Assembly: GCA_964342355.1 (NCBI GenBank)
Contig: CAYFFG010000004.1
Location: forward strand, 154,975 to 218,974
From: an uncultured Hyphomonadaceae bacterium
Lineage (GTDB): Bacteria > Pseudomonadota > Alphaproteobacteria > Caulobacterales > Hyphomonadaceae
Direction of reading: 5' to 3'
DNA length: 64,000 nt
Shown: positions 9,582-18,623 of the stretch, piece after piece
How the letters are laid out: the number at the start of each line of letters is the position of its first letter
Numbering within the stretch: the stretch's first letter is position 1
Program-made: the position numbers and the translations under genes
Notes under the pieces: model-generated
The model's database searches: none
What the model was told of the DNA's origin: nothing
Seen by the model: the letters and a program-made list of their open reading frames with translations, nothing else

Positions 9582-10526
9582 ATGGCAACGAAAGAAGCAG
9601 GACGCATCGCGCCGCCTGATCATCAGGTTATGACACAGGCGGCGGATATCATCCGCCGTGGCGGGCTGGTGTCTATTCCAACGGAAACAGTCTACGGGTT
9701 GGCGGCGGACGCTACCAATGGCGAAGCCGTCGCGCGTATTTACGCCGCCAAAGACCGCCCTAACTTTAACCCGTTGATCAGCCACATCTCTGACCTGAAC
9801 ATGGCCAGAAGGTTAGCGGTATTTTCCCCCATGGCGGAACAGCTCGCTGAGGCGTTCTGGCCTGGTCCGCTCACATTGGTTCTGCCAAAAGCTGAGCGTT
9901 GTCCTGTGAGCGACCTTGTCACCGCAGGGCTGGGCTCGATTGCTGTGCGCATGCCAGACCACCCTGTCGCGCTCGGCCTAATCCGGGCATGTGAATGCCC
10001 GTTAGCAGCGCCATCTGCGAACCCCTCAGAAACGCTCTCCCCCACGACGGCGCAACATGTTGCAGATGGTTTGGGGAATAAGGTCGAGCTCATACTTGAT
10101 GGCGGGCCATGCCGCTCTGGCCTTGAATCAACGGTTGTGTCTTTAGCTGGCGATACGCCAGCTCTCTTGCGCCCCGGGGCGCTGGAACGTGAAAAACTGG
10201 AAGAAATCTGCGGCCCATTGGCAGCGCCCGGCGATGAGATAGCAAGTCCGGGCATGCTCAAAAAACATTATTCGCCTGCCGCCAGTTTACGCTTAAATGC
10301 GGAACGCGCAGATCCGGACGAAGCTTACCTTGCATTTGGAGAAGTCGGTTTCAAACATGAAGCCAATCTCTCACCTTCAGGCGATTTGATCGAAGCAGCG
10401 GCCAACCTCTTTTCCATGCTGCGCATTCTGGATATGCGGTTTGATCGCATCGCTATTGCGCCCATCCCGCATGAAGGCCTTGGCGAAGCCATTAATGACC
10501 GTTTGACCCGCGCTGCAGTTGAATAA
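9582..10526 (+). CDS. tsaC: L-threonylcarbamoyladenylate synthase (Sua5/TsaC)
   Basis: PTETVYGLAAD, KDRPNFNPLI, FWPGPLT, APSANPS, SPGMLKKHYSP. Confidence 0.95.
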   Translation: MATKEAGRIAPPDHQVMTQAADIIRRGGLVSIPTETVYGLAADATNGEAVARIYAAKDRPNFNPLISHISDLNMARRLAVFSPMAEQLAEAFWPGPLTLVLPKAERCPVSDLVTAGLGSIAVRMPDHPVALGLIRACECPLAAPSANPSETLSPTTAQHVADGLGNKVELILDGGPCRSGLESTVVSLAGDTPALLRPGALEREKLEEICGPLAAPGDEIASPGMLKKHYSPAASLRLNAERADPDEAYLAFGEVGFKHEANLSPSGDLIEAAANLFSMLRILDMRFDRIAIAPIPHEGLGEAINDRLTRAAVE

Positions 10527-10635
10527 GCGCTTGTCGCTTTTACGCCCTGTCTTTGCCTGATTTGGAAAACAACGTGGTTGACGCAGACCAAGGTCTGAGC
10601 GCACCTCTTATGAGACAAATGGCTGGAGCGGGCTT

Positions 10636-11493
10636 ATGCGTTTATTATCGACACTCTTTGCACTCATCGCAGTCGCACTGATCGGGATATATATCTGGCT
10701 GCGATACGATGCGTTGATGGCCAATATTTTCATTGCGCCTCCCGAGGGCGCTCAAACAGAGGAGGCTCTTAACACAGAAGCGCCTCCGCCCCCCGCCGAA
10801 GCGATCGTGGAAGACGCGCAGCATGAAACAGAAGAGCCATTCGCAAAGCGCGCCAGCTCACCTGATGGGGGCCCATCACGAGCTTTGCGCGAAGCGCTCA
10901 GCGGCGGCGGCGGCGGCGCGTTTAGCACAGAAAGTGTCGCTCAACCACAATCCCTTCAACCCACTGAGGACGACCTTGCATCACAGTTTGAGTCCCGTCC
11001 GATCGCTTATAATCGCCCCCCATCTGTCTTAGCGCTCAATCGCCCTGTGGACGTCTCTCTGGTGATCGACGCCACCGACAAGGCTGCGCCTGAAGACGCA
11101 TTAGAAGGGTTTGCTGGCGAAATCGTCACGCGCGACGTTGAGCTGTCTGACCAGGTATCAGCTCAACTCACGGGCGCTGCATTTGACATTGAACTATTGT
11201 CTGTTGAGCGCCAACAGCTTTCCAAACGTGTTCAAAACCGATGGCAATGGCGTGTGACGCCAATTGAGACTGGCGAACATGTTCTGGTGCTGGAAATCTT
11301 TGGTTACGCCAGTAACACCGCCGCGGCTGAGCCGCTGGACGCCTATACAGATCGCATATCAGTTGAGGTCAAACAGCTCGACAAACTCATCGGACTTGCA
11401 CGCGCCTATGAGCCGGTGATCGGTATCGCAGCAGGTATCGCGGGACTTTTTTCAGCTTTCTTTGCAATCATGCGTCGACGCAAAAAGACTTAG
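10636..11493 (+). CDS. Hypothetical protein with N- and C-terminal transmembrane anchors
   Basis: Hydrophobic termini, Pro/Ala/Gly-rich linker, beta-rich domain (WQWRVTPIETGEHVLVLE), basic tail RRRKKT; GGAG RBS. Confidence 0.8.
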   Translation: MRLLSTLFALIAVALIGIYIWLRYDALMANIFIAPPEGAQTEEALNTEAPPPPAEAIVEDAQHETEEPFAKRASSPDGGPSRALREALSGGGGGAFSTESVAQPQSLQPTEDDLASQFESRPIAYNRPPSVLALNRPVDVSLVIDATDKAAPEDALEGFAGEIVTRDVELSDQVSAQLTGAAFDIELLSVERQQLSKRVQNRWQWRVTPIETGEHVLVLEIFGYASNTAAAEPLDAYTDRISVEVKQLDKLIGLARAYEPVIGIAAGIAGLFSAFFAIMRRRKKT

Positions 11494-12269
11494 CTTTTCG
11501 CGGGCGGCTGCGGACGCGTGAATACAAATTTTGTCGCGCTGGAAAGTTCAGCATCGAATGTATAGTCATCGAGGTGAAATGCCTTCAGCGCTTCGACGTC
11601 TTTGATGCGGTTTTCAACGATGTAACGCGCCATGAGTCCCCGAGCGCGCTTGGCAAAAAAGCCTATCACTCGCACTTTCCCGTCTTTTATGTCTTTGAAC
11701 TCACACGTGATAATTGTGCCCTTGAGCGCTTTTTTATCGACAGATTTGAAATACTCATTCGACGCCAGATTGATAACAACGCCATCATCAAGGTCTTCGT
11801 TCAATTTGCGAGAGATCTTGTCACCCCAGAAGGTGTAAAGATCCTCGCCCCGTCTTGTTTTGAGCTTGATGCCCATTTCCAAACGGTAAGGCTGCATGGC
11901 GTCAAGCGGGCGCAACAGACCGTAAAATCCAGACAAAATCCGGATGTGATCTTGCGCCCATTCAAGGTCATCATTTTTGAGTGTCTTGGCATCAAGCCCA
12001 AGGTAAACATCGCCATTGAACGCCAGCACAGCCTGTTTTTCCTTTTCAGGATTGCCGTCCGGTTCAAATGCTTTGAATCGCTCAACATTGAGCTTTGCAA
12101 GATCGTCAGAGATACCCATCAACGTCTTGGTCTTGCTGGCTGTCAGATTTCGTGTGGTTTTTGCAAGAATGGCCGTTTGGTCCTGCATGATCCGCTCAGT
12201 TGGCGCAGGCGGCGCACCGGGCGCAGGATCAAAGTTCAAAGATTTGGCAGGCGACAGCAACACCAACAT
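11490..12269 (-). CDS. yaaA: Peroxide stress protein YaaA (UPF0246)
   Basis: LLSPAKSL, AFNGDVYLGL, SGFYGLLRPLD..QPYRLEMG, NLASNEY, KRARGLMARY. Confidence 0.95.
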   Translation of the reverse strand: MLVLLSPAKSLNFDPAPGAPPAPTERIMQDQTAILAKTTRNLTASKTKTLMGISDDLAKLNVERFKAFEPDGNPEKEKQAVLAFNGDVYLGLDAKTLKNDDLEWAQDHIRILSGFYGLLRPLDAMQPYRLEMGIKLKTRRGEDLYTFWGDKISRKLNEDLDDGVVINLASNEYFKSVDKKALKGTIITCEFKDIKDGKVRVIGFFAKRARGLMARYIVENRIKDVEALKAFHLDDYTFDAELSSATKFVFTRPQPPAKS

Positions 12270-12425
12270 GAGCAAAACTTCCTCAATGCGAATCAGGTTC
12301 TTAAATTTTGCCTCAGTTAAACATGAGACATGCCCCCGTCACCCGTTTAACGGATGATATTGCGTATCATCGCATCGCAAATAACGCTAAAGACACCGAC
12401 TGCGTAAGTGACTTGCAGGACCAAT

Positions 12426-13271
12426 ATGGCGTGGACAAAGACATATACGGGCGAAGAACCTCAACGGGTCAATAAATGGCTCGCCCAATCCGGAGTTTGT
12501 TCTCGTCGCGAAGCCGAGGCGCTAATCGCTCAGGGCGCTGTCTCTATTAATGGCGAAAAAGTTGCAGATCCAGGACGAAAAATTGCTCCAGGAGAGACAC
12601 TAACCTTGGCGCAAAAGGGCGTTGAGAAACTGGAAGCATCCGTCACTGCCGTCTTGAACAAACCTGTAGGCTATGTGTCCGCACAGCCTGAAAAGGATCA
12701 GATTCCCGCCGCACGCCTGATCTCAAGCGATAATCTGATCGGTCAGGGCGATAGTCCAGACAGATCTGCGCGCTTAGCACCAGCCGGGCGCCTGGATATG
12801 GATTCGCGTGGCTTACTTATTCTCACGCAGGACGGGGTTCTTACAAAATCAGTTATCGGACCGACGTCTGGTGTCGATAAGGAATACTTGGTCACGGTGA
12901 ATGGAAAAATCACGCCCGATAAAGTCGCCAAGCTTTGCCATGGATTAAAACTTGACGGTGTGGAGCTACGCCCAGCCATTGTTACTCATGAAGAGGATCA
13001 ACTACTCCGCTTTATCCTCAGGGAAGGTCGCAACCGCCAGATCAGACGCATGTGCGAACTTGTTGGCCTTCATGTGATCGACCTTTTCCGTATTCGCATT
13101 GGCGGTGTAAAAGTCAAAGACCTGCCAGAAGGAAAGTGGCGACACATCACACCGGCCGAGCGAACGTCTCTGTTGAACGCCTCCAAGGACGGCCCAACCA
13201 AATCACCAACAAAAAGACGCCGTCCATCCGCACATCGCTATGCGCGCACCCGACGGAAGAAATCCACTTAA
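12426..13271 (+). CDS. rRNA pseudouridine synthase, RsuA/RluB/E/F family with S4 domain
   Basis: RVNKWLAQSGVCSRREAE, LNKPVGY, GRLDMDSRGLL, EGRNRQIRRM. Confidence 0.93.
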   Translation: MAWTKTYTGEEPQRVNKWLAQSGVCSRREAEALIAQGAVSINGEKVADPGRKIAPGETLTLAQKGVEKLEASVTAVLNKPVGYVSAQPEKDQIPAARLISSDNLIGQGDSPDRSARLAPAGRLDMDSRGLLILTQDGVLTKSVIGPTSGVDKEYLVTVNGKITPDKVAKLCHGLKLDGVELRPAIVTHEEDQLLRFILREGRNRQIRRMCELVGLHVIDLFRIRIGGVKVKDLPEGKWRHITPAERTSLLNASKDGPTKSPTKRRRPSAHRYARTRRKKST

Positions 13272-13870
13272 AACCCGCGTGAAACCAATCTTTGCGGCGC
13301 TAACACCGCATCCAGTTCAAATTCGACCTCCGGGTAATTTTCACCCTCAACTGTCTTGAACGTGGCATGCGTGCGGAACGCTTCTGTCATCGGTTCATGG
13401 CGGCCGCCATTAGGATCAATAGCAACCCATTGCAGACACCAAAGTTCATTGACCGGCTGCAAAGTGAACTCCTCTTCGACTGAGATGTTCTGTTCAACAT
13501 CTTCCAGACCGAGCATTGGCTTTAACTGCTCGACTGTGCCCGGCTCCATCACAATCGGGTCGATGCGCTGGCCAACCACAAAGTCCGTGGGTTCACATGT
13601 GTCCATATTCGTGGATTTCACCAGCTTCATATCTGTGAGCACAACAGGGCGCGTTCCACGGTTTGAAATGATCATCAGGGGTTCGACATAAAATCGATAG
13701 TCGATGTTCTTGGTTTCGCCATTGGAGCCATAACCGCGGCTTGTCTGGGTCTGCACATTCGCGATTGTCGCCGTGAGCGTATATCTGGCGTCAAAAAAAG
13801 TGAGATAAGTCGTCAAACTCGACAGCACCATCGCCGCCAGTGACAACACCGTGCTCGACACATTCCGCAT
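13268..13870 (-). CDS. Hypothetical N-terminally anchored protein
   Basis: One N-terminal hydrophobic helix, beta-rich body (ISNRGTRPVVLTDMKL); AAGGGG RBS. Confidence 0.75.
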   Translation of the reverse strand: MRNVSSTVLSLAAMVLSSLTTYLTFFDARYTLTATIANVQTQTSRGYGSNGETKNIDYRFYVEPLMIISNRGTRPVVLTDMKLVKSTNMDTCEPTDFVVGQRIDPIVMEPGTVEQLKPMLGLEDVEQNISVEEEFTLQPVNELWCLQWVAIDPNGGRHEPMTEAFRTHATFKTVEGENYPEVEFELDAVLAPQRLVSRGF

Positions 13871-13898
13871 TCAAATCCCCTTTATCCGAATGGAAGGC

Positions 13899-14816
13899 TT
13901 AAGTCCCCGCCTGCCGTGTCTTGATCTTCTTCAACACATTCTTGGCGAACTTGCGAACAGAATTCTGTCCTTCAAATGAAATTTTTGAGGTCATGTCCGG
14001 CTGTGTACCCTCACTAAAATAAACCAGCCGTCCTTCCGGATCGTCCTCAGGCAATACAAATCCATGATCAAGAAAGACCTGGCGCACGCCAGCCCATTCA
14101 GCAGCAGGATTATAGGTTTTGTTGGCTGCGCCCATATGGTTTGGCGGGTCTACGATGATTGTCCGCCTTACAGCGCCTGATGACAGGACATACTCAACTT
14201 CCCAACTGGTTCCCGGGCGTGGTGACGGCAAAAGCATTATCAATTGGGCGTTATCAATGAGCTTTTTGATTGCGTCCTGCCACACATCGTCAGCCACTTT
14301 GATCCGGCCTGCACCCCAATGTTCTAAGGGCTTGCCAAGCGCTACGACAGAACCGATTGATCTCAGAGCCTTTTCGACAACACTTTCAAATTCGACCCGC
14401 TCTTCCACGTGGGCAAAATGCGATATTTGGGATGGGTCGGTCGACATGCGAACAATGTTGTTGGTGTGACCAGCTATCTGATCGGTCGAATGAAATGGCC
14501 GCAGATACAGCGTGAATGGAACAGGCCTTCCCTTCCCATCCAGGCTCTCAAAAATCTTCTGCGCTTCCAGGTCACGTCCGCGCTGCTCAAACCATCCCTC
14601 AAGATCAAAGAACAACTGCGCAAGGAGAATAGACACCACTATCGCGGTGGAAAAATACGCCAGCGCAATCCATGTGTCGTACTGAGGGCGACTAGCGCCA
14701 AATACGGCAGTTACCGCCCCTGTCACCAGGACAAAGATCAAAGACACCGCGCTCAGGCGCTTGCCCCAGCTCACGCCATTTCTGGTAACCGCAAGTTTAG
14801 AGATGCTTTTGAGCAT
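13899..14816 (-). CDS. Hypothetical 2-TM protein with TIR-like/Rossmannoid C-terminal domain
   Basis: Two TM helices, then LYLRPF...VVALGKP...GAGR...WQ...GTSWEV. Confidence 0.75.
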   Translation of the reverse strand: MLKSISKLAVTRNGVSWGKRLSAVSLIFVLVTGAVTAVFGASRPQYDTWIALAYFSTAIVVSILLAQLFFDLEGWFEQRGRDLEAQKIFESLDGKGRPVPFTLYLRPFHSTDQIAGHTNNIVRMSTDPSQISHFAHVEERVEFESVVEKALRSIGSVVALGKPLEHWGAGRIKVADDVWQDAIKKLIDNAQLIMLLPSPRPGTSWEVEYVLSSGAVRRTIIVDPPNHMGAANKTYNPAAEWAGVRQVFLDHGFVLPEDDPEGRLVYFSEGTQPDMTSKISFEGQNSVRKFAKNVLKKIKTRQAGT

Positions 14817-14864
14817 GTGTCCCCGCGCTCAAATACTGTTGTCTCCTGCGGACACTAACAGAGG

Positions 14865-15263
14865 TTAATTGAGAGGGCCACGTTGTTTAGCTGTCAGCGG
14901 AAGCGAACCCGCTTCAACATGCTTTTCGCCCATGCGCGCATGGCAATAAGGGCATTCGGGTTTGAGAAACGGTCGCAACACTAAATTTGACGCATCCAAC
15001 CGGTCTCCGAATGGGGGGGCTGAGAAAATTGCCAAACCAGCCCTTTCTCCACAACGTCGACAGGGCGCGCTTGCCATCCACATGTAAAATTCAAAACTTG
15101 ACGCTAGTAATATCGCGAACGCCATAGTGCGCAACATGTCTGGAAGAAAGCAAAGGCTGACAACAGACAAAGACACGATCACTCCCAACACCAATAAGGT
15201 GTTAAGGTAGTAATTCTGCCAGTAATCCTGGACGTCTATTGCAAGTTTCCAGCGATGTTTCAT
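14865..15263 (-). CDS. Hypothetical 2-TM protein with CxxC...CxxC zinc ribbon
   Basis: Two hydrophobic segments, CRRC and CPYC. Confidence 0.65.
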   Translation of the reverse strand: MKHRWKLAIDVQDYWQNYYLNTLLVLGVIVSLSVVSLCFLPDMLRTMAFAILLASSFEFYMWMASAPCRRCGERAGLAIFSAPPFGDRLDASNLVLRPFLKPECPYCHARMGEKHVEAGSLPLTAKQRGPLN

Positions 15264-15405
15264 TTCCCAGCCTCAAGAAGTCATCCCACGTTCCACGCCG
15301 TTAAGGATAACGCTCTGAAGCGTAGTAAATTGGCTGGCTTTTTCTAAAGTGCAATTCCCAAAGGGTGATCTTTACTCATTATTAATAAAGCAACAAAATG
15401 TTCAT

Positions 15406-16812
15406 CTAGTCCGCAGAGCTTTTTTCTTTCAGCGAGTTTGCCTTTTTGGACGTTTTTTCTGTGGCTTTTATCTGCTTTTGTTGCGCCTTGCGCAGGCGGT
15501 TCGCTCGATCCGCTTTTCCTGAAGCCATCCACTTGATTAGACGCCAGAACTCCCCGGCGGTGAAAGGACGCTCCACGCGCGCCAGACCTACTTTTTCCTT
15601 TGGCGGCGACTTGGCTTTTTTACGTCGCTTTGGTTTGACTCTCTCTTTGCCAGCTTTGCCATCCGTTTCAGCTGGCCGCGGCGGCACATAAAGCGCGTAA
15701 TCTTTTTCCAACTGTGCTGGCTGACTTTCCTGTCGGGCGTCTTCGCTTAGAAAGCGGCCAAGATATTCGTCAGAAAAGTCGATCGCCAGCTCCACCCATA
15801 ACGGCAGGTGGTCGGACATCTGCCAGGTCCGCCAGCGTTTAAGATAATAATCCTTGTCACGCGCTTCAGAGATCGGTTTCTGCGTCGGTCCTAGCTGGCG
15901 ATGACGCTCAGGCATCGCCGTGTGATAATGTTTGTAATCTTCCTCGCGATAGACTGACTTGGTGAAATCGAAAACACCAGCCGACAGGAAAGTAATCATG
16001 TCCTTGCGCGTGGAGAACGCAATCTGATCATAGTATTTGTCGCCTATGAGATTTGATGGAAACAATTCGGGAGGAAGCTGAAACCCTGCCTTGGTGAGCG
16101 CATTCATTGTCTCATCCATTGGGTTTTTGATGTTGAAGTCACCTAGAATAACGTAATTCTCATTGTCGCGTTCTGCGCGGTTCGCCAGATCCGTCGCAAT
16201 GTAGTCAATTTCCTCCACACGGCGCTTATATCCGTCAGATCCAGGTGAATCCTCACCGAAATATATGTGAACCGTACACAGTGAAAAGCGAAACCAGCCA
16301 GCCTGAAACGACACCAGAAACGGTGTGCGCGCAAATTGTTGTTCATCGGCTAAAAGCTTGTGCTTAGGGATCACCACTTCTCCGGCGATATTGCGGAATT
16401 TGACCTTTCGTGTGTCGAACACAAACGCCATCCGCTCCCTATTGCCGCCCGCGCCCTGTGTTACGTCAGTGGTGATAAAATCCCATGAGGGCCCCAAAAG
16501 CCGCACAATCTCTTTTAAAGGACCAAGGTCTTCATTGATTTCCTGCAGCGCGCATACATCAAACGAGGACAATATCTCAGCGATATAGTGCAATGACTCA
16601 CGCCGACGCGGTCCATGGCGAAATTTATTGTTGTCGAAGTCGCGTATATTCCAGGTACCGACAATCAAAGAGGAAGATAATGTCCTGGCGGGCACGCCAA
16701 GCGGCGCAGGCGACTTTAACTGATTTCTAAGGTCGAGAAGCTTTCGAGCAATCCAGTCAGCTTCATCACGCGAATAAAGCCGATGCGTTCTGAGGTCATG
16801 ATAAAACGGCAT
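15406..16812 (-). CDS. Endonuclease/exonuclease/phosphatase (DNase I-like) protein with basic C-terminal tail
   Basis: GTWNIRDF, ALQEI, GDFN, YDQI, SDHLPL catalytic motifs; no signal peptide. Confidence 0.9.
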   Translation of the reverse strand: MPFYHDLRTHRLYSRDEADWIARKLLDLRNQLKSPAPLGVPARTLSSSLIVGTWNIRDFDNNKFRHGPRRRESLHYIAEILSSFDVCALQEINEDLGPLKEIVRLLGPSWDFITTDVTQGAGGNRERMAFVFDTRKVKFRNIAGEVVIPKHKLLADEQQFARTPFLVSFQAGWFRFSLCTVHIYFGEDSPGSDGYKRRVEEIDYIATDLANRAERDNENYVILGDFNIKNPMDETMNALTKAGFQLPPELFPSNLIGDKYYDQIAFSTRKDMITFLSAGVFDFTKSVYREEDYKHYHTAMPERHRQLGPTQKPISEARDKDYYLKRWRTWQMSDHLPLWVELAIDFSDEYLGRFLSEDARQESQPAQLEKDYALYVPPRPAETDGKAGKERVKPKRRKKAKSPPKEKVGLARVERPFTAGEFWRLIKWMASGKADRANRLRKAQQKQIKATEKTSKKANSLKEKSSAD

Positions 16813-16897
16813 TCTGCCCGCTCCCGCCCTGATGGTGAATCACTTTCTGTGCACCCTCTCATATTCCAGCATTCTGGCTGTATGTATTACCCAAACC

Positions 16898-16912
16898 TTA
16901 ACGCGCCCTTTA
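16898..16912. promoter_or_regulatory. CtrA box (TTAA-N7-TTAA)
   Basis: TTAA CGCGCCC TTAA, 86-100 bp upstream of the EEP nuclease start. Confidence 0.55.
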
Positions 16913-16963
16913 AAATTTGAATGATCTGACAACAGTGTTTTATGCAAATGCGCGTCCGCAAAC

Positions 16964-16992
16964 TTGACCATTCATCCGTGCACGCATATCTC
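16964..16992 (+). promoter_or_regulatory. Sigma70-type promoter of metA
   Basis: TTGACC-N17-TATCTC; predicted TSS (~16998) coincides with the riboswitch 5' end. Confidence 0.6.
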
Positions 16993-16997
16993 AACTG

Positions 16998-17052
16998 CCG
17001 TGGTGATTTGGTCGGCCGGATTGCAGCCACGTTAAATAAGTCGCTAAAAAGC
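16998..17052 (+). ncRNA. SAM-II (SAM-alpha) riboswitch
   Basis: CGTGG-TGATTTG...TTGCAG-CCACG-TTAAATAAGTC-GCTAAA matches the metA-leader SAM-II consensus; directly upstream of metA. Confidence 0.9.
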
Positions 17053-17137
17053 CCTTGGATGAAGTTGCTCTTGTCCACCTCGGCGAAGACTTGTTTTTTT
17101 AATCCACGCCGATTTGTTTCTGACTTGGAGCTTTGTC

Positions 17138-18064
17138 ATGCCCATTCGTATTCCTGATCAATTGCCCGCGCGTGAAATCCTTCAACGCGAAGGCGTTATG
17201 ATCATGGATGCAGAGACAGCTGAACGGCAGGATATTCGCCCCCTTCAGATTGGCCTGCTCAATCTGATGCCAAATAAAATCCGCACCGAAACCCAGCTTG
17301 CTCGCCTGATCGGCGCTTCGCCGCTACAGGTTGACCTAACCTTGGTGCGGATCGGCGCGCACACGCCTAAAAACACACCAGAAGAGCACCTGATCTCTTT
17401 TTATCAGACGTGGGATGAAATAAAGCATCGCAAGTTTGACGGTTTCATCATTACCGGGGCGCCCGTGGAAACGCTGGATTATGAAGACGTCACCTACTGG
17501 GATGAAATGAAAGCGATTTTTGAATGGACACGTACGAATGTTCATTCCACATTTTCAATCTGTTGGGGTGCTATGGCCGCGCTTCAGCATTTCCATAACG
17601 TTCCCAAACACACGCTCAGCAAAAAGGCGTTCGGTGTTTTCCGTCACCGCAATTTAAAGCCTGAATCACCCTATCTCTCTGGGTTTTCTGATGATTTTCA
17701 GGTGTGTGTTTCCCGATGGACGGACATCAAACAGGACGACATCCCCGCAACAAGCGGTTTGGACATCCTGTTAGATTCAACTGAAACCGGACTGTGTCTC
17801 TTGTCTGAAACGGATGGGAACCGCCTCTACATCCTCAACCATGTCGAATACGATTCCACGTCGCTGGGAGAAGAATATTTCCGCGATGAAGCGGCAGGAG
17901 TCGATATAGACATCCCATATAACTATTTCCCCCAGAACGACCCTAGCCAAGCGCCATTAAACAGGTGGCGCGCGCACGCTTTTTTGCTTTTCGGCAACTG
18001 GATCAATCAGGTCTATCAGTCTACGCCTTATAATCTTGAAGCAATTGGCAATAAAAACTCATAG
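17138..18064 (+). CDS. metA: MetA-family homoserine O-acyltransferase (predicted acetyl-type)
   Basis: [41 protein letters not shown]. Confidence 0.96.
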   Translation: MPIRIPDQLPAREILQREGVMIMDAETAERQDIRPLQIGLLNLMPNKIRTETQLARLIGASPLQVDLTLVRIGAHTPKNTPEEHLISFYQTWDEIKHRKFDGFIITGAPVETLDYEDVTYWDEMKAIFEWTRTNVHSTFSICWGAMAALQHFHNVPKHTLSKKAFGVFRHRNLKPESPYLSGFSDDFQVCVSRWTDIKQDDIPATSGLDILLDSTETGLCLLSETDGNRLYILNHVEYDSTSLGEEYFRDEAAGVDIDIPYNYFPQNDPSQAPLNRWRAHAFLLFGNWINQVYQSTPYNLEAIGNKNS

Positions 18065-18076
18065 GAGGCATAGCTC

Positions 18077-18529
18077 ATGCTGCAATCATTTATAAATCGC
18101 CTCACTTCCAAAGAAGAAGACACCACATTGCTCAATGAAAGCGATGCGCGCACCGCAGTTGCCGCCTTACTGGTTCACGTCGCCAAGATTGATGAGAATT
18201 ACACGCAAACAGAGCAACACCTTATCGAAGCAATTCTAGCTCATCGCTACGAACTGGCCGATGCTGACGCCTCCGCTCTGCGCATTGAAGGAGAAGAGGC
18301 AGAAACACAAAGCGTGGATAATTTCCGTTTCACCCAAGTCATCAAAAGCGGCCTTGAAGAGAACGAGCGCATGACCGTTTTAGAGGCGATGTGGAGCGTT
18401 GTTTTGTCAGATGAAGAACGAGACGACAAAGAAGACAATCTCGTCCGCCGTCTGGTGGAGATGCTAGGACTTTCGCCTCATGACAGTGCGCATGCGCGTC
18501 AACGCGTTGAAGCGGCGATGAACAGTTAA
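18077..18529 (+). CDS. TerB-like family protein
   Basis: AALLVHVAKID...E, LEAMWSVVLSD..E, LVRRLVEMLG; AGGAGG RBS. Confidence 0.82.
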   Translation: MLQSFINRLTSKEEDTTLLNESDARTAVAALLVHVAKIDENYTQTEQHLIEAILAHRYELADADASALRIEGEEAETQSVDNFRFTQVIKSGLEENERMTVLEAMWSVVLSDEERDDKEDNLVRRLVEMLGLSPHDSAHARQRVEAAMNS

Positions 18530-18623
18530 CCGCAACGTGTTGCCAACTTACAATCTTGTCTGATCGCCTGTCATGGCGGTAACATATCTGCATTACGCGT
18601 AAGGGACGACGCGGAGGGGTGAA

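Noticed and set aside
10903-10917. (GGC)5 repeat as a phase-variation tract
   Set aside because: Trinucleotide and in frame (Gly run); slippage would not switch the frame
11574-12320. 248-aa plus-strand ORF
   Set aside because: Antisense shadow of yaaA
16998-17060. Pistol ribozyme (shares CGTGG...CCACGTTAAATA)
   Set aside because: TGATTT, TTGCA and GCTAAA plus the position before metA fit SAM-II; the pistol pseudoknot is absent
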